DNA of 64,000 nt from Octopus sinensis (GCF_006345805.1 NC_043000.1:84320001-84384000), one strand, 5' to 3'; numbered from the stretch's first letter, positions 1 through 13,310 are shown. Notes: a model not told the origin generated them from the letters alone. Numbers and translations: made by a program.

Positions 1-221
1 CCAGCTACTCATATTCTGAGTTCAAATCCCATCGATGTAAAGTTTACATTTCATCCTTCCGGATTCGATAAAGTAAAGTGACAGTCAAGTACAGGGGACG
101 GTGGTATCCACAAATACCAAATTGTTTGCCTTGTACCTACATCGGAAAGAGTTATACTGATGCAGCTTCATACTGATTCAATTAGCAAAGATGATATCCT
201 GAGGTTTGGGGAACAGTTTCC

Positions 222-375
222 TCAGATCTCGAGAAGCATTCTTAGGATCCTTGCAGAAAACAAAATTGCTCTTTTCTGCAGATAGGCAGTGTGTGTTTCA
301 GTTCCATGAGTTTCTTTGGCAGTTGTCTGGGTGCTGTGTCAAAGGTACCAACCACCACCACAGTCGTAAGTTTGG
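222..375 (-). mobile_element. R4/Dong-type (RLE) non-LTR retrotransposon, C-terminal fragment
   Basis: Minus strand reads VVVGTFDT...YLQKRAILFSARILRMLLEI*, matching the R4-clade C-terminus (VVIGALG...LQK..LL.TARILR..L). Confidence 0.6.
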
Positions 376-2255
376 CAGCATACCAGTCTGCCACAGTCAA
401 TTATAGAAGCCCCTGATGGAAAAAGTAATATATCTTTGTTTTGCTTAGAACACTACAATCTAAATTATCTCATCCAAAGAAAATAAAGGCAGCCTGATGG
501 CTAGTTCAAATGAGATATCTTTGACTGGGAAAAGAAGCACATGTAGCACACGTGTTAGCTTTAAAACAGATGATAGGGTAAATGCACAAGTTCAACTAGT
601 ATGTTACACACCTCCTATTAAATGGTTCTGCAGTACTTGCGAAGGAGAAACACAAGGGTCATCGACAGGGACCCCGGTGATGATATCGATATATGTAGGT
701 ATTCAGTGCAAATGTAATATTGGAGATATGTAGTCGTGAGGGATGACTATGGATATAGAGATCCTGATAACCCAGCAAAACTACAAAATTGTAAGAGAAC
801 TGTGTTTCTTAGAGTATCTTAGAAGGAAGACCTTTCATCATCAAGGTAGACGGCTCAGTTATACATATGATACAAACACATTTTTAAGGCTTCCTGCACA
901 GAAAGCCTAAAAGATCAAAAGCAATAACAAAAAGCCATGAAAATTGTCAGTCATGAAAATTGTCAGGCCTAGAATAACACCAGGTGCAGCTCGTTAATCA
1001 GTAAGTGAAATTGTATCTTCCTCATTACCAGGAGCGAGTCATGACAATCAAAATCCTCCTCTCCCAGCCCAGATAGAGAAAAACAAGGCGAACCCTTCAC
1101 AACAACAATTCCTGGTAGTAAACGACCAGGAATTATAACGCCATAGTAGGCCCAACCGATCCATTTATGAGAATGGTCACCAGGCAGTGACCGAGAGTTA
1201 TGGATTCTTCAAGAAATTGGAAAAGTATCCAAAGTAATAATAAAATATGCTATAAGAATGCGAGTTTTTCAGCAAAGAAAAAACTCCTCCGCTGAGGAAG
1301 AATCCATATGCTATGAAGCGAAACCAATGTCCTATCAGATGGAATCAGCTCTCACTCGGAACGAAATGAAATTCACTGTCATTCACACGATAAACAAACC
1401 TCTAATAATATGCATATAGAGTATACACATTTTTGTTGTTTTTTTTTATTTGTTCTTTTAATCGTTTTATTTTTCGTGCTCATATACACAAAGAATATCC
1501 TGATGAATTTGGGGGTCCAGAAAAAAATGGGATCGCATTTAAAACAACATTTAAAGGACAGAATGAAACTATAAACTTCGGATAACCGACTGTACGAGAT
1601 GTTATATTTCAACGATAGAGAAGATGCGACTCATCAGTCGCCCGGTATAACACAAGTGATCCACACGAAAGAGCTTGGAATCTCCAACCATATACAATAC
1701 TAGAAGGAAACACAGTCTGTTAATTATTGTGTATGTTTTTATACGATTTGTGTATTTCTGCATAAATATATGTCTTATAAATTTTTAATTCAATCAAATT
1801 ATTGTATAACAGTTTCATCACTGATCCCAATGGCCTTATACAACTAAATTCTTTATACACCCTTCCATATATTGTATGACGTTTCTCAGACCCTCCCATA
1901 GGATTGACAGACGTAATTTTCCCACACTCATTGTTTTTCTTATTTCTTTTTCTTTCTCTGAAACAGATAAATTTCCGTATCCTTTGAATCTCCGAGCATT
2001 TGCAGCTAATAAAACAAATGTTGTTCTTGTTCTTTTTTTTTTTTACTTGGGTACTTTCTGTTTTATATCCTGCAGAGCCGAGTCCAAGCTCTCATCTCTC
2101 CGAGGTCGATAAAATAACTACCAATTGAACATTGGGGTTGATGTAATCGACTACCCATCCCTCAAAATTGCTAAAATTATTAAAAATTAGCAATATTAGC
2201 TTCATTCTTTCTTTTCCAGGGTTATCTACATTATGGCTCAGTTACTTCCTGCATC

Positions 2256-3480
2256 TTAGAGACGCAACACCTTCCTCAAAATATGTGCTGTCCTGAGAAT
2301 TGTTGTCAACTATGTACCTGCTATGTAGATTATTATTTTCAACTTTTCATGTCAGAATATTGTTTTCTTTGTAATGGTCTCAAGTACACCGATCACGATA
2401 GATATCCCTTTTGAGGCTCTATGACTGTGTTTCACTTCCAATGCTAGGTCTTGGTATTTGTCAACTTTCTCATTCTCTGTCTTCACAATATTCTCGTTTT
2501 GGAGATACAGCTACTTTTATAAAGGTCCATTCTCTGAACTCTTCCGTAGGAGAGTAATATCTGGTCGGTTATGTTGCAGCTTTTCATCTGTATTGATTGA
2601 CACATCCCTCGTGAATTTCATCAGATCATTATCTGCAGCTGGCAAAAGTTGGTGGCCATGCCACTTGTTAGGACATTCTAGCCGATAATATCTGCATAAC
2701 TGTATTTGTAATGCCACTTTGTCATTGCGGTTTGCAATCATTTAGGGCCAGTTTTGATCATCCACTAATATGTCTATCTCAGATGATTTTTCCCATAATA
2801 TACACAAAAGTAATGCAGCTATATTATCAATGCTTCACTTGATTGAATTGATTCCCGAAGCTTGTTTCTCAGCCACGAGGTTCAATCCTTCTGTCTCCTT
2901 TCTTAAAAATCCATCCATGTCTTAACCACCTCCATCAGCTTCAGCCGATGTTTGCTACTCGTTCCAGTTGATGAGCTTCTTTTTTTTTTTATTAATTATC
3001 ATTTTGTATTTTTGGAGGATCTCACCATTGTTACTGATCGTCTTCTCATTCAGTGTTGTCTGCAACATTCTTTCATTTCTCTCTCTCTCTCGCTCTCTCT
3101 CTCGCTCTCCCTCTCTCAGGCAGGCATGCAAGGACTTGATCTCCTTCATAATACTATCCTCTATTTTAAGTAATCCTTTTCACCTTCCTTTCTTAATAAG
3201 TAAAGCCTTGTTATGTTACATCTAGTATGAAGGCACTCGTGCATGGCCGTTATCTTCCTAGGTTTTCTGCTCATGCTAACCAGTTCCTTTTCTGTCCATT
3301 CCACAACTCGCACGCCGTAGCGTACCATCCCTACAGTCCAAGGTTTTATACTTCTGATCGGGTTCCCACCATTTAACTTGGATATTCTTGGCTTTTTCGC
3401 TCTTTTGGAACATTGAGAAGAAACCTATTCCTTCAGCTTTATATTCATCATTTGGCCTTGTTGTAAAACATTAAGATAAC
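2256..3480 (-). mobile_element. R4/Dong-type non-LTR retrotransposon, decayed 3' part (post-RT region, restriction-like endonuclease)
   Basis: Minus-strand frames give SKLNGGN..VRYG..EW..EL, RLYLLRKEGGKGLLKIED, ETEGLNLVAEKQA, NRNDKVA..KWHGHQ..HNRPDITL (PD endonuclease motif) and TAHILRKVLRL*. Many stops and frameshifts; an internal (GA)n expansion at about 3075-3115. Confidence 0.8.
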
Positions 3481-3989
3481 TATAACTCTCTCCACGAATA
3501 ATCTAAACTTTCCCATTTTTATCCTGTTTGTAATATAATAATAAATTTTAACTAAAATTATGAAAACAAAGAATCTTCATTAACTAAATTCCTTACCTAC
3601 TGGTTCCGTGGCTGATAAAAAATCAACTAGAAAAAGTGTATTGTTATTGTACGTGTAATAGTGTGTGTACTGTGACTGTGGCCCTTTAATAATAAGCAAA
3701 TGGCTTTTTTATTATCATTACATTAAAAAAATATTAACCTTCAATTTTTAAATACAATTTAAGAACAACGCGTTCACCAAATTCCAGAGATTATACCAGA
3801 ATAATAATTTTCTTTTTAACAAACACAAAAAAGAAGGAAAAAATACAATTATAATTGTTACGCATGGAAAATATTTTCTTCCATTAAAAGCATTAAAGAA
3901 AAACTAATTACCTTAACTAAATAAAATGAAATAATAAAAACACTCGAATATTTGCGACAATATTAATTATTTTTATCCCTAATTTGCAA

Positions 3990-4683
3990 ATGGCGAAGCG
4001 AGGCCCAAGGGACATATTTATCAAGCCAAGACCTCCGGTTGCTGAACGACATTTTGAATCAGATGACAGCGTTGTAAATGAAACAGATGTATTGCCGGCA
4101 AAAAGAATTCGTACTAGCTTCACTCGGAAATATGACTCCTCATACATTTAATTCACTTTTGTAGCCGCGAATGATGGGGGAGTGCAAAAACCGTAGTGTT
4201 ATTTGTGGAGATGTCTTGGCTAACGACTCAATGAAACCATCAAATCTCAAGAGACATTTAAATACAAAACATAATGAAATGGATTCAAAGCCGAAAGGGT
4301 TCTTTGAAAGAAAGCATCGTGATTTAAAAGGCCGTCAGAAATAGATCTTTGAAGTGTCACACATAAATAATTGTGCTTGCGGGCTTCTTACAAAGTAGTA
4401 ATCATATGTAACTCCTATTGCATGCCGGTGTACGTTGGTTATCGATGGGGAAAATCCTGTTAAGAGTGTTTGAGCTACGAATCAAGCTTACCGAATTTCT
4501 TCAGGACAAAAAAAAACAAATTGCTCACAGTTGTTCGGAGATGTGGATTGGTTAGTCAAGCTGGCTTATTTGGCTGATATCTTTACCATCTTTAATGATC
4601 TCAACACCCCCATGCAGGAAATGATAGTTTCGGGTTTTACAATGGCAGACAAGATCAACGGACAGAAACGAAAGCTAGAAGCA
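3990..4683 (+). mobile_element. hAT (Buster/Charlie-type) transposase, internally deleted remnant
   Basis: N-terminal RKYDSSYI*F...ICGDVLANDSMKPSNLKRHLNTKH..KPKGFFERK (BED-finger region) lies close to WLVKLAYLADIFTIFNDLN..DKINGQKRKL, which normally sits hundreds of residues later. Confidence 0.8.
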
Positions 4684-4829
4684 GGGAAGTATTCTTACCA
4701 CACATTCTGCGTTTGTCGCTCTCGGTTGTGTTGTCGATTCTGCACTTCAAATAGTTAGTCATTAATATTTGTTGTTGTGCTGCGCATATAAGTGCTTCTG
4801 TTTCTATCTTCAGGTCACTCCTCATCCAT

Positions 4830-5102
4830 TTCCACGGGTCTTCAGACAGATTCAGAAGACCGGTGGCTATGTATGAAGAGGAATGGCTTGAAGATAGTAG
4901 CAGAAGTACTTATATGCACGTCTCAAGAGCAAGCGTTAAGGACTAACTATGTGAAGTGCAGAATCGACAATACTATCGAGAGCGACAAATGTAGAATGTG
5001 TAGTGAGAGGGATGAAACGGTATGGGGCACATCGTTAGCGAATGCCCGAAATTGGCACAACGCGATTAAAAAAAAACGACATGATAATGTGGCAAGAATG
5101 AT
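4830..5102 (+). mobile_element. R4/Dong-type non-LTR retrotransposon fragment (Zn-knuckle region)
   Basis: SQEQALRTNYVKCRID..DKCRMCSERDETV...KKRHDNVARMI. Confidence 0.8.
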
Positions 5103-5175
5103 CCTATTATTATTATTATTATTATTATTATTGTTGTTGTTGTTGTTGTTGTTGTTGTTATCATTATTATTATTA

Positions 5176-5340
5176 AGGCGGTCAACTGCAGAATTGTTAG
5201 CCGCCGGGCAAAACGCTTAGCGGCATTTCGCCCGTCTTTGGGTTCTGAGCACAAATTTCCCCGAGGTCGACTTTGCCTTTCATCCTCTCGAGGTCGATGA
5301 AATATGTACTAGTTGAGCCGTGGGGTCGATGTAATCAACT
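5176..5340 (+). mobile_element. tRNA-derived octopus-type SINE (family 1)
   Basis: ggcgg..gcagaat.gttagc...gttctgag..caaatt..ccgaggtcgactttgcctttcatcct; same body recurs more than 10 times in the window. Confidence 0.75.
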
Positions 5341-6544
5341 TACTGTCATTCTTGATTTCAGTTATCTTGGCGTAAGATCTTGATAATTTTATTAGTTTCT
5401 CCATTTTAGTGTAGTGAGCTGGCAGAATCGTTAGAGCTTCGGATGATATCTTTTGTGATGTTTATTCTGACTTTTTAGTTTCTGAGTTCAATTCTTACCC
5501 AAGTCAACTTAGCTTTTCAATCTTTCGGTGGTTATAATATGAATTACCTCTTACGATTAGTATAAACTAATCCCCTAGCTTTGAAACTACTAGCCTTATA
5601 CCTAAATTGGTTTCAAATTGTGACACAAGGCCAGTAATTTCAGGAAGTGTGTAAGCTGATTACACCGACTCCAGTGCTCAACTGGTACTTATTTTATTGA
5701 ACCCGAGAGAGATGAAAAGCAAATCTAACCTCAGTAGAATTTGAACACAGAACGTATAGACTTACGAAATGCCGCTAAGCATTTTACTCGGAGTGCTAAC
5801 GATTCTTCCAGCTCGCCTCTTTGCCTTATGCCTAAATAAGAAACCGTTATTGCCTGTGGAGACTGACTCTTCGATTAACAGGCACAACCTTTCCAGTTGC
5901 TCGTTGACAAGAATATCCAGAGGTTTTAACCCTGATATTCCTGTCTTTGCGCCGACTGGAATATCTCAGAGTATGGTCGTTTTTTCATTCTCTGAATTCT
6001 TTTCAGGTATATATTTATTGCACCTTTTTTGTTATATACCTTCAGTATATGATTTTGGCGATTTCTGGTGAGAAGTCTTTGATGTGTCAAAATCAAGGAC
6101 CCTTAGTCTCATGATTAAATACAGCGTTTCTCAACCAGTACTGCTAATTTTTCTTTGTTTAATTCCACCCTGTCAACTTTTCACGCAGGAACTATTCTTT
6201 ACATCATTTTAGCATGACAATCTGTAACACCATATTTAATTTAGTTTTTCGCATTGGGGCATGTTTGTGTGATTAAGAAGCTGGCTCATAATTTCGACTT
6301 CAGTTCCACTGCGTGAGTACCTTGAGTGTCCGTCTTTTACAATAATCGTGGGCCAACCAATACCTTGTTAATGAATGTGGTAGACGAAAACAGCGGGGGA
6401 TCACGTTGCATATATGTGTGCCTTTATTTGTCCCTCACAGCTTCACAACCGTTGCTGGTTTCGTGTAAATCCTCGAAACTTAGCGGTTCGGCAAAGTGAC
6501 CGATAGGACACCTCGTTATTGTTATGCACCGTAGCACATTGATG

Positions 6545-7020
6545 ACACTACGATGAGATTTCCCTATTCTACGCGAGTTTTCCAACTGCCTTGCCACACT
6601 TTTCTGACCAGCAAGTGATATTGATCATCCATTGCATTCTTTGCCTGCCCCTTGAACTATTACCTTCCACTATTCTTTCCATGATTTTTTTTTTACCTCC
6701 GCTCTTTCAAATATAGCCATAATAGATGACCTTCTGTTTTTTCACAATGCTCAGGAGTTGTCTTTCACCTACTTGTTGTAACACAGTTGGTCCTTGTAAG
6801 AGACTCGTAACCTTCTCCTATATAGCCACATTTCAAACGTATTGATTATATTCTCTTCAAATGTGCCCAGAGTCCATGCTTCGCAGCCATAAATGCCTAT
6901 TGGCCAAATGAGTGATCCCCCTAGCCCTTTTTTAAAACTTAGGACACTTTTGTTGCTCCCGATGTTATTAAGCTTATATATGGGCGTTCTTGCTATGCCT
7001 AGCCGTGTTCTAATTTCTTT
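6545..7020 (-). mobile_element. RTE-clade LINE 3' fragment
   Basis: KEIRTRLGIAR...IYGCEAWTL..INTFEMWLYRRRLRVSY followed by RQLLSIVKKQK..VEGNSSRGRQRMQWM, the typical RTE C-terminus. Confidence 0.8.
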
Positions 7021-7723
7021 TTTACATGGGGCTTCATAGAACACCTACCAAACTTTAAAAATAAGTACTTCGGACGATTTGTTCGACTAAGTACATCCAA
7101 GCTGTGCTCCAGCATGGCCACAGTCCAATGACTGAAATAATTAACAGATAAAAGATAAAGATTTTGCAATTTCTATTGTTTCTCCTCACCAGTATTTCTT
7201 GTTTCAGCCTCAGCTTTGTGGAGTCACTGGGTTTGTGAAAGACAGACACGTTGGAATAATCGCGCCACGTTTTTGCCTTAAAAGGGAAGGTTACATATGA
7301 AAATGTAGTTGTAGACATACTGAAATATGGTATGGAACGTCGTTGTTCAGAGAATTTCCTGAGCAAATCTGATTGAAGCAAATCTGATTTAACAACTACA
7401 AAATCATCAACACTAATAACAATTGAAGTATAAACATGCTATAGAACGAAATTTTTTGTGTGCGCCATTGTATATGTACCTTTATTTTTTCTGTGCGCCA
7501 TTGTATATACATCTTTTCATACAAGTATACAGAAACGCACTCACTGCATTCATACAAACGCACATGGGGACAAGGATGATAGATAGATGATTGCTATATA
7601 GCATAAATAGACGTGTCTTGCTATAAACCGCTCTCACATTTTATCGAATTGAACTGTTTGAATTTATAGATCGATTAATATTGCATTATATGAGAAAACA
7701 CATTTATGCATATGGGCGTATAC

Positions 7724-8028
7724 ATACATACATACATACATACATACATACATACATACATACATACATACATACATAAAATACATACATACATACATAC
7801 ATACATACATACATAGGATAGCATAGAGTATATAATGAATTTATTTCGTATTAGAATATATTTCTAGCCTTCTTCAAAAGCAGTTTTCCACCTGTGACCG
7901 AGACAAGCAGGTATACTTACGTAATTTTGATGATTTTGATGAACTGATCTCGCAACAACTCCGGCATGGTTACGACTACGCCCGTGAATTTTCACACGCA
8001 TACAAACACACACACACAAACACACACA

Positions 8029-8095
<67 letters not shown>
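7724..8095. repeat. (CATA)n and (CA)n microsatellites
   Basis: Direct reading of the sequence. Confidence 0.95.
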
Positions 8096-8096
<1 letters not shown>

Positions 8097-8989
8097 TATT
8101 TGTATATAAATACCTACTTGTCTATATGTATGTTTATCAGTTTTTAGACCAGAATTTTCTCTGTATGAATCATAACCCCATCTTGAAATTGTGTCAGATC
8201 AAGGCTGGTTAAAAAAATTGCTTTTCTTATCTGAAATAAATGCCTTGAAGATGAAATATGATAGAATCATTCACATTACATCGTACATTCTCCTAATCCA
8301 ACTTAAGTCACGTAATGTTAACAAAGTCTTTCTATTGCAAATAATGCATCGGAACATTTGATGAGATTCACGCACGAAGAGACTTCCATTGAGCGCTACA
8401 TTTTCTTCACTGATTGGTCAGGCTCTGATCTTCACCTTTATCCCTGACACGCGGTGATTTGTATCTTTATGTGTCCTATAGAAGTTAATACCGATAATCT
8501 CTCAAGGAAATTAATGTTCGTGAAAATTCCTTAGTATTAAGCTAGCTGACCTTTCGCCAGCTGTGCAGATATAGTTGGTTTGACCAAGATGGAAGAAACG
8601 TTGAGCACACACGAAAAAAATTGGCGATCATGTTCTACATGGTTTTTAAGTGCTATGTTAACAAAAAAGTAAAATAAAATAAAATAAACAACAGAACAAC
8701 ACAAGTTATATATATGTGTGTGTATGTGTGTGTGCGTGGGCGTGTATGTGTGTGTCTGCTAGGGTCTCTATAAAATACTTAGTTTTACTTATTATTTCAA
8801 TACTTATGTGAAGTACATATAATATTTGAGTAAAATTACAAACCACATATATATGCACTTATGTATATAATGTAGGTCTTACCCAAAAACAATCTCCTAA
8901 AAGGCAACCACTTTCTATAAACACAATGTGTTTGTATCAGTCTGTTTGTGCATCTGTCTATCTGCCTGTTTCTCTCATCTCTCTCTCTC

Positions 8990-8998
8990 TGTCTATAT

Positions 8999-9059
<61 letters not shown>

Positions 9060-9220
9060 TATATATATATGTATGTATGTATATGTATGTGTGTTTGTGT
9101 GTGTGTGTATGTGTATATATATATCGAGCATCAGTCTATCTTTCTATTTATCTATTTAACAACCAATCATTATGTACATGTATTTATGTGTGTGGCTGTG
9201 TGTGGCTGCGTGTGTACGTG

Positions 9221-9252
<32 letters not shown>

Positions 9253-9283
9253 ATATAGATATATATATATATATATATAATAT

Positions 9284-9330
<47 letters not shown>

Positions 9331-9345
9331 GTATGCATGCATGCA
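8990..9345. repeat. Compound (TA)n/(TG)n/(TATG)n microsatellite
   Basis: Direct reading; source of the YI/CV pseudo-ORFs. Confidence 0.95.
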
Positions 9346-10289
9346 TGTATGTATTTATATACGTGTGTGTATGTGTCTAAGCATATGAAAGTATATAACT
9401 TGATATACACAGTTATGTGTGCATGCATAACCTTTTATGTATGTCAAGTACAGTTAGTTCAGCCATTTTATTCGAATCGTTGGCTGCGAAAGAACACGAC
9501 TGTCAAATTCCTGAAAGGTGAGAGAAGTTCAGGTGAGTTGAAATACATAATGAGTGACAGCTAGGTGTTTGCTTGATAAAAAGAAATATACCATATGTCT
9601 AACATCTTGTTTTGAAAAAGAATACTCCGAAATTACATTAGTTTAAATCTATAGTCTGTCTTAAATCATAGATACCTGAGAAAGATTTCGTATTTATACA
9701 TTCGCGGTATATACTTGTAGTATCAAATGAAAAACAAAGTGTAAACGAATAATTAAGATGAACCACTGCCATATTCAACACATTTAAATACTAGCCACTC
9801 AGACAGATATTGCAGCCAACTCTTCTTTAAATAGTAAACACAGTGGATAAAATAGATTTAGGTACAATATGTTTGAAAGTGTAGACTAGAATATCCCTGC
9901 TCCATGTCTTTGAGCTTATGACTGCATAAATACGACTGGCCGGCTAACTGACAACAGACATACCATTTATAATATTGTAATTAAATTGTATTTGTCATGA
10001 CGCTAATTAGTAATGACAGTCACTGTTTAATTACTTCGCTAATTTGTTACTTCTATGATCTAAGTAAAACATCAGAGATGTTGCTACTTTGGCGGTCACT
10101 GGAGAGTTCTCACGAATGTGACAATGGATATTATCGAATTAGTGATTGGTCTTTATTAACGAAACAACAATTGTTGTTTAAAAAGTTAATAACAAAGAAA
10201 ATTGTTTTAATTAATTAGTAAAATAACTTACTATCTTTCAAAAAAATATTTTCCTGAAGTGAGGAATTCTAAGAATTTACCCTCCCTTC

Positions 10290-10323
10290 AATGCGCATGT
10301 ATACATATACATACATATACACA

Positions 10324-10410
<87 letters not shown>

Positions 10411-10425
10411 ATGTATATGTGTAAG

Positions 10426-10456
<31 letters not shown>

Positions 10457-10537
10457 ATATACATACATATATATACATATACATATATATATATATACAT
10501 ACATATACATATACATACATACGTAGATACATCGCAC

Positions 10538-10568
<31 letters not shown>

Positions 10569-10605
10569 TGTATGTATGTATGTATGTATGTATGTATGTA
10601 TGTAT
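10290..10605. repeat. Compound (TA)n/(TG)n/(TATG)n microsatellite
   Basis: Direct reading. Confidence 0.95.
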
Positions 10606-10648
10606 AATATAGACGCAGGCCTAACTGCGTGGCAAGAAGCTTTCTTCC

Positions 10649-13070
10649 GGCCGTTGACTGAGGTCAGTTTTGTTTTTGCTCCGTAAGGAATTTTATCGTT
10701 TTATAATGGATTTATTACTGTTGGATTTGTTATTGTATTTTTGGATTGTTTTTATTGCTGAACTTTGTGCTGTTTCCCGGTGTACCGGGTGAGAGAAATT
10801 ATTTGTTTTTGTAGCCGTTGTGGCAATTTTTAAACAAAATATTGAAAGCGAATTGAACTTGTTAAAGTCGTTTTAGACTTTATCTTTGTGCACTGCCCCC
10901 GCAGGCAGATTTGAAATATTGTCAAAAAATTTATAAACTGCTTTTTCGAAAATTATTATAGGTTTTTCCTTGTGGAAAACCGATTTTTGTTATATTTTCT
11001 TATGTAATTAATTTCGGCCGGGCATGTTTGTCGAAATTATACATGAAAAATGCACTCTCGAAGGAGAAATGTTAACTCTGTCAGAAAATTTTCGGCGGTG
11101 ACGCTGTGGCAATAGAAAACATTTATATTCCAGTAGAGAAGCTACAGGAATATTTCAAGAGAATGAAAGAGGAGGATGGGATATAAAAATATCACCCTCT
11201 TTCAAGACGGTTGAAACGGACCAAAAAACAATAATATTTAAATCGTTCTGTCCAAAACACAAACGATTTAAACATTTCGAAAAAGAGAAAATTGAAAAAT
11301 GTCTTGCTCCAATATTGCGAGGGGCAAGACGTATGGCACCGTTGAGGTGCGGTTCGCGTCTGAGGAGAAGGCTCGCGGGTCCCCGTAAAATCAGAAGATG
11401 TGGTGCTTCTGCTACATGGAGAGGACTTCTCGTGTAAAGGTGCCAGAAGTAGACCTTAGAGAGGTGATGACCACCATGTTGTTTAACAGGGCGGACAAAA
11501 TCCAATTTCACCAGATTACATGCTCTGCTCCGCAAAATTGAGTTGGCACAGCATCTCGGCAATTATTCAGGGGGCCCAGGAAGACATTGACATGCTTCCA
11601 GACCGGATTCCCGTGGATGAGAATATTATATTGAGACTCTCTGTCGAAGCGAAAAACCCACCTGCTTCGAATGTGGCAAAAGGAGCTACATTCGGGCAGA
11701 TTGTGATTTAAAAAGGAGAAAACGCAGACACAAGGCCCTTCAAACACAAAAAATACCCCCACTCCCGCACAAACAGCAACCCCCACAAAGACACCCCCCA
11801 TGCTGCGGCGCCAATACCCAAACAGGACATTGGAAATTTAAAAACTTCCCACCATACACACACAAGCCCCTACAGAATTGAAAATACCCACTCCCCTGAA
11901 ACCTGAGGCACCTGAAAACAGAAACGCAAATCACCTAGAGGTATCGGAGGAGGAGTTTACTGTGGTACACAAGCGTACATTGACACCATCCTCATCCACA
12001 TCCTCTACAAAGGAAACAGACACAACACCACAGAAATTTTAAAAAAAGACCCCACCCAGCTGTCCCCGCAGAGAAAAACATACTAGTGGAATTTGACACT
12101 GAGCACGATTATACCCGTACTATCCTATTGACACATCATCTCACCACCAAACTTTATCCTGCACATAAGGATTTTAATAAACAATGTGCCTGGATAGAAG
12201 AAACCCTATACAGGCAACTGAAGGACAGGAATTCACCAGCCATATGGAGGATTGTGGACCTGCCTAGCTATCTGAAGAAGGAGAAGGAAGGAGCCACTTC
12301 ACGTGTGGTGAAATCGGCTGCAACCTCTCTAGTAAATGGTAAGTAGGACCTTTGCTTTTAATATAATGATCTTACTTAACCTTGGTTGTTTGAATGTGCG
12401 TGGTCTGAGTTCGAAGTGGAAGCAAGCTTGTATCCTCGATAACTTCAGATCACACGATATACATATGATGGTTGCTACAGAGACCATGTTGGACAGTCTA
12501 CAAACCTTCTCGCCTCTCCTGAATGGCTATGAGAAAATCATGTCTCCTGGCCAGACCGGAGGATGAGGGGATGTAGTGGTACTGATCCGTAAAGTCTTGG
12601 CTCTGCAGACAAGTACAGTCTATGCGGACCCTGAAGGTGAGCTGGTCGTAGTTGATGTGACATACAGCAGTAAGGCCTTTAGGTTGATCGGGATCTTTGC
12701 ATCCTGTGCTAGAGGATTACAAGCTGCATTTTATCGGCGCCTGGAGAACTTTCTCGTGACGTCGAAGACATTAGTGGTGTTAGGAGTCTTTCACGCTACC
12801 GTTGATGCACACATTGATAGTATTGGCTCGACTGGTAGAAAAGTAAACACAGGTCTCGTGAATCTGCTTAAGCGTTTTCAGCTGGTAGACCGTTACAGGC
12901 TTGACCATCCGAGCGTCCCAGAGTGGACCTGGATTAGTGGCGACGGAAGACTCAAGTCTTACTTACACAGGATAGTGTTAAGAACTAGAGATAAGGCTAG
13001 TTTTAGCTGTCCACAACTTGCTCAAGCGTCCTACACTGACCATAGAATGGTTAACTGTAGGCTTAAATAG
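10649..13070 (+). mobile_element. Tx1/L1-clade non-LTR retrotransposon: 5' UTR, decayed ORF1 and ORF2 endonuclease, lacking RT
   Basis: ORF1 remnants (RGKTYGTVEVRFASEEKA; gag-like knuckle CFECGKRSYIRADC at 11663-11704) followed by an APE domain (next feature). Homology stops abruptly at 13070. Confidence 0.8.
12336..13070 (+). pseudogene. Apurinic-like (APE) endonuclease domain of LINE ORF2, one in-frame stop
   Basis: LNLGCLNVRGL..MVATET..GG*GDVVVLIRK..DPEGELVVVD..FRLIGIFA..VVLGVFHA (GDFN-like)..LVDRYRLDHP..WTW..SYLHRI..TDHRMV. Stop at 12564-12566; catalytic motifs are mutated. Confidence 0.85.
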
Positions 13071-13310
13071 CCTGTGGACGCACTGATGGATTTATGTATT
13101 AGGTATAGCCTTTATAAACACCCCACCAACGCAGAAACACGTGTAGCGTTGATTAAAAATATGTTTTCCCCCCAAAGACTAATAATAGGTAAGTTATATA
13201 GATTTTTTCAAATATTTTTTTTTAAATTTCATTGCATCTTTAAATGTTTATATTATTTTATTGGATATAACATTCTATGTGTATTCCATACAATAAGGTT
13301 ATCTTCTTCT
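13064..13310 (+). repeat. PLE pseudo-LTR-like repeat, copy 1 (copy 2 at 13922-14160)
   Basis: About 240 bp diverged direct repeat starting at taaatagcc in both copies; contains the HHR motif and an ag|gtaagt donor. Confidence 0.6.
13066..13150 (+). ncRNA. Type I hammerhead ribozyme motif, A6U core variant, at the start of a PLE-like repeat
   Basis: aatagc CTGTGGA c gcactgatg...caccaacgc a GAAAC ACGT GTA gcgtt: stem II, palindromic stem III (ACACGTGT), GUA cleavage triplet, bulged stem I. Confidence 0.55.

Noticed and set aside
1495-1645. CTGATGA motifs at about 1500 (+) and about 1635 (-)
   Set aside because: No correctly placed GAAAC/UH and no stem I.
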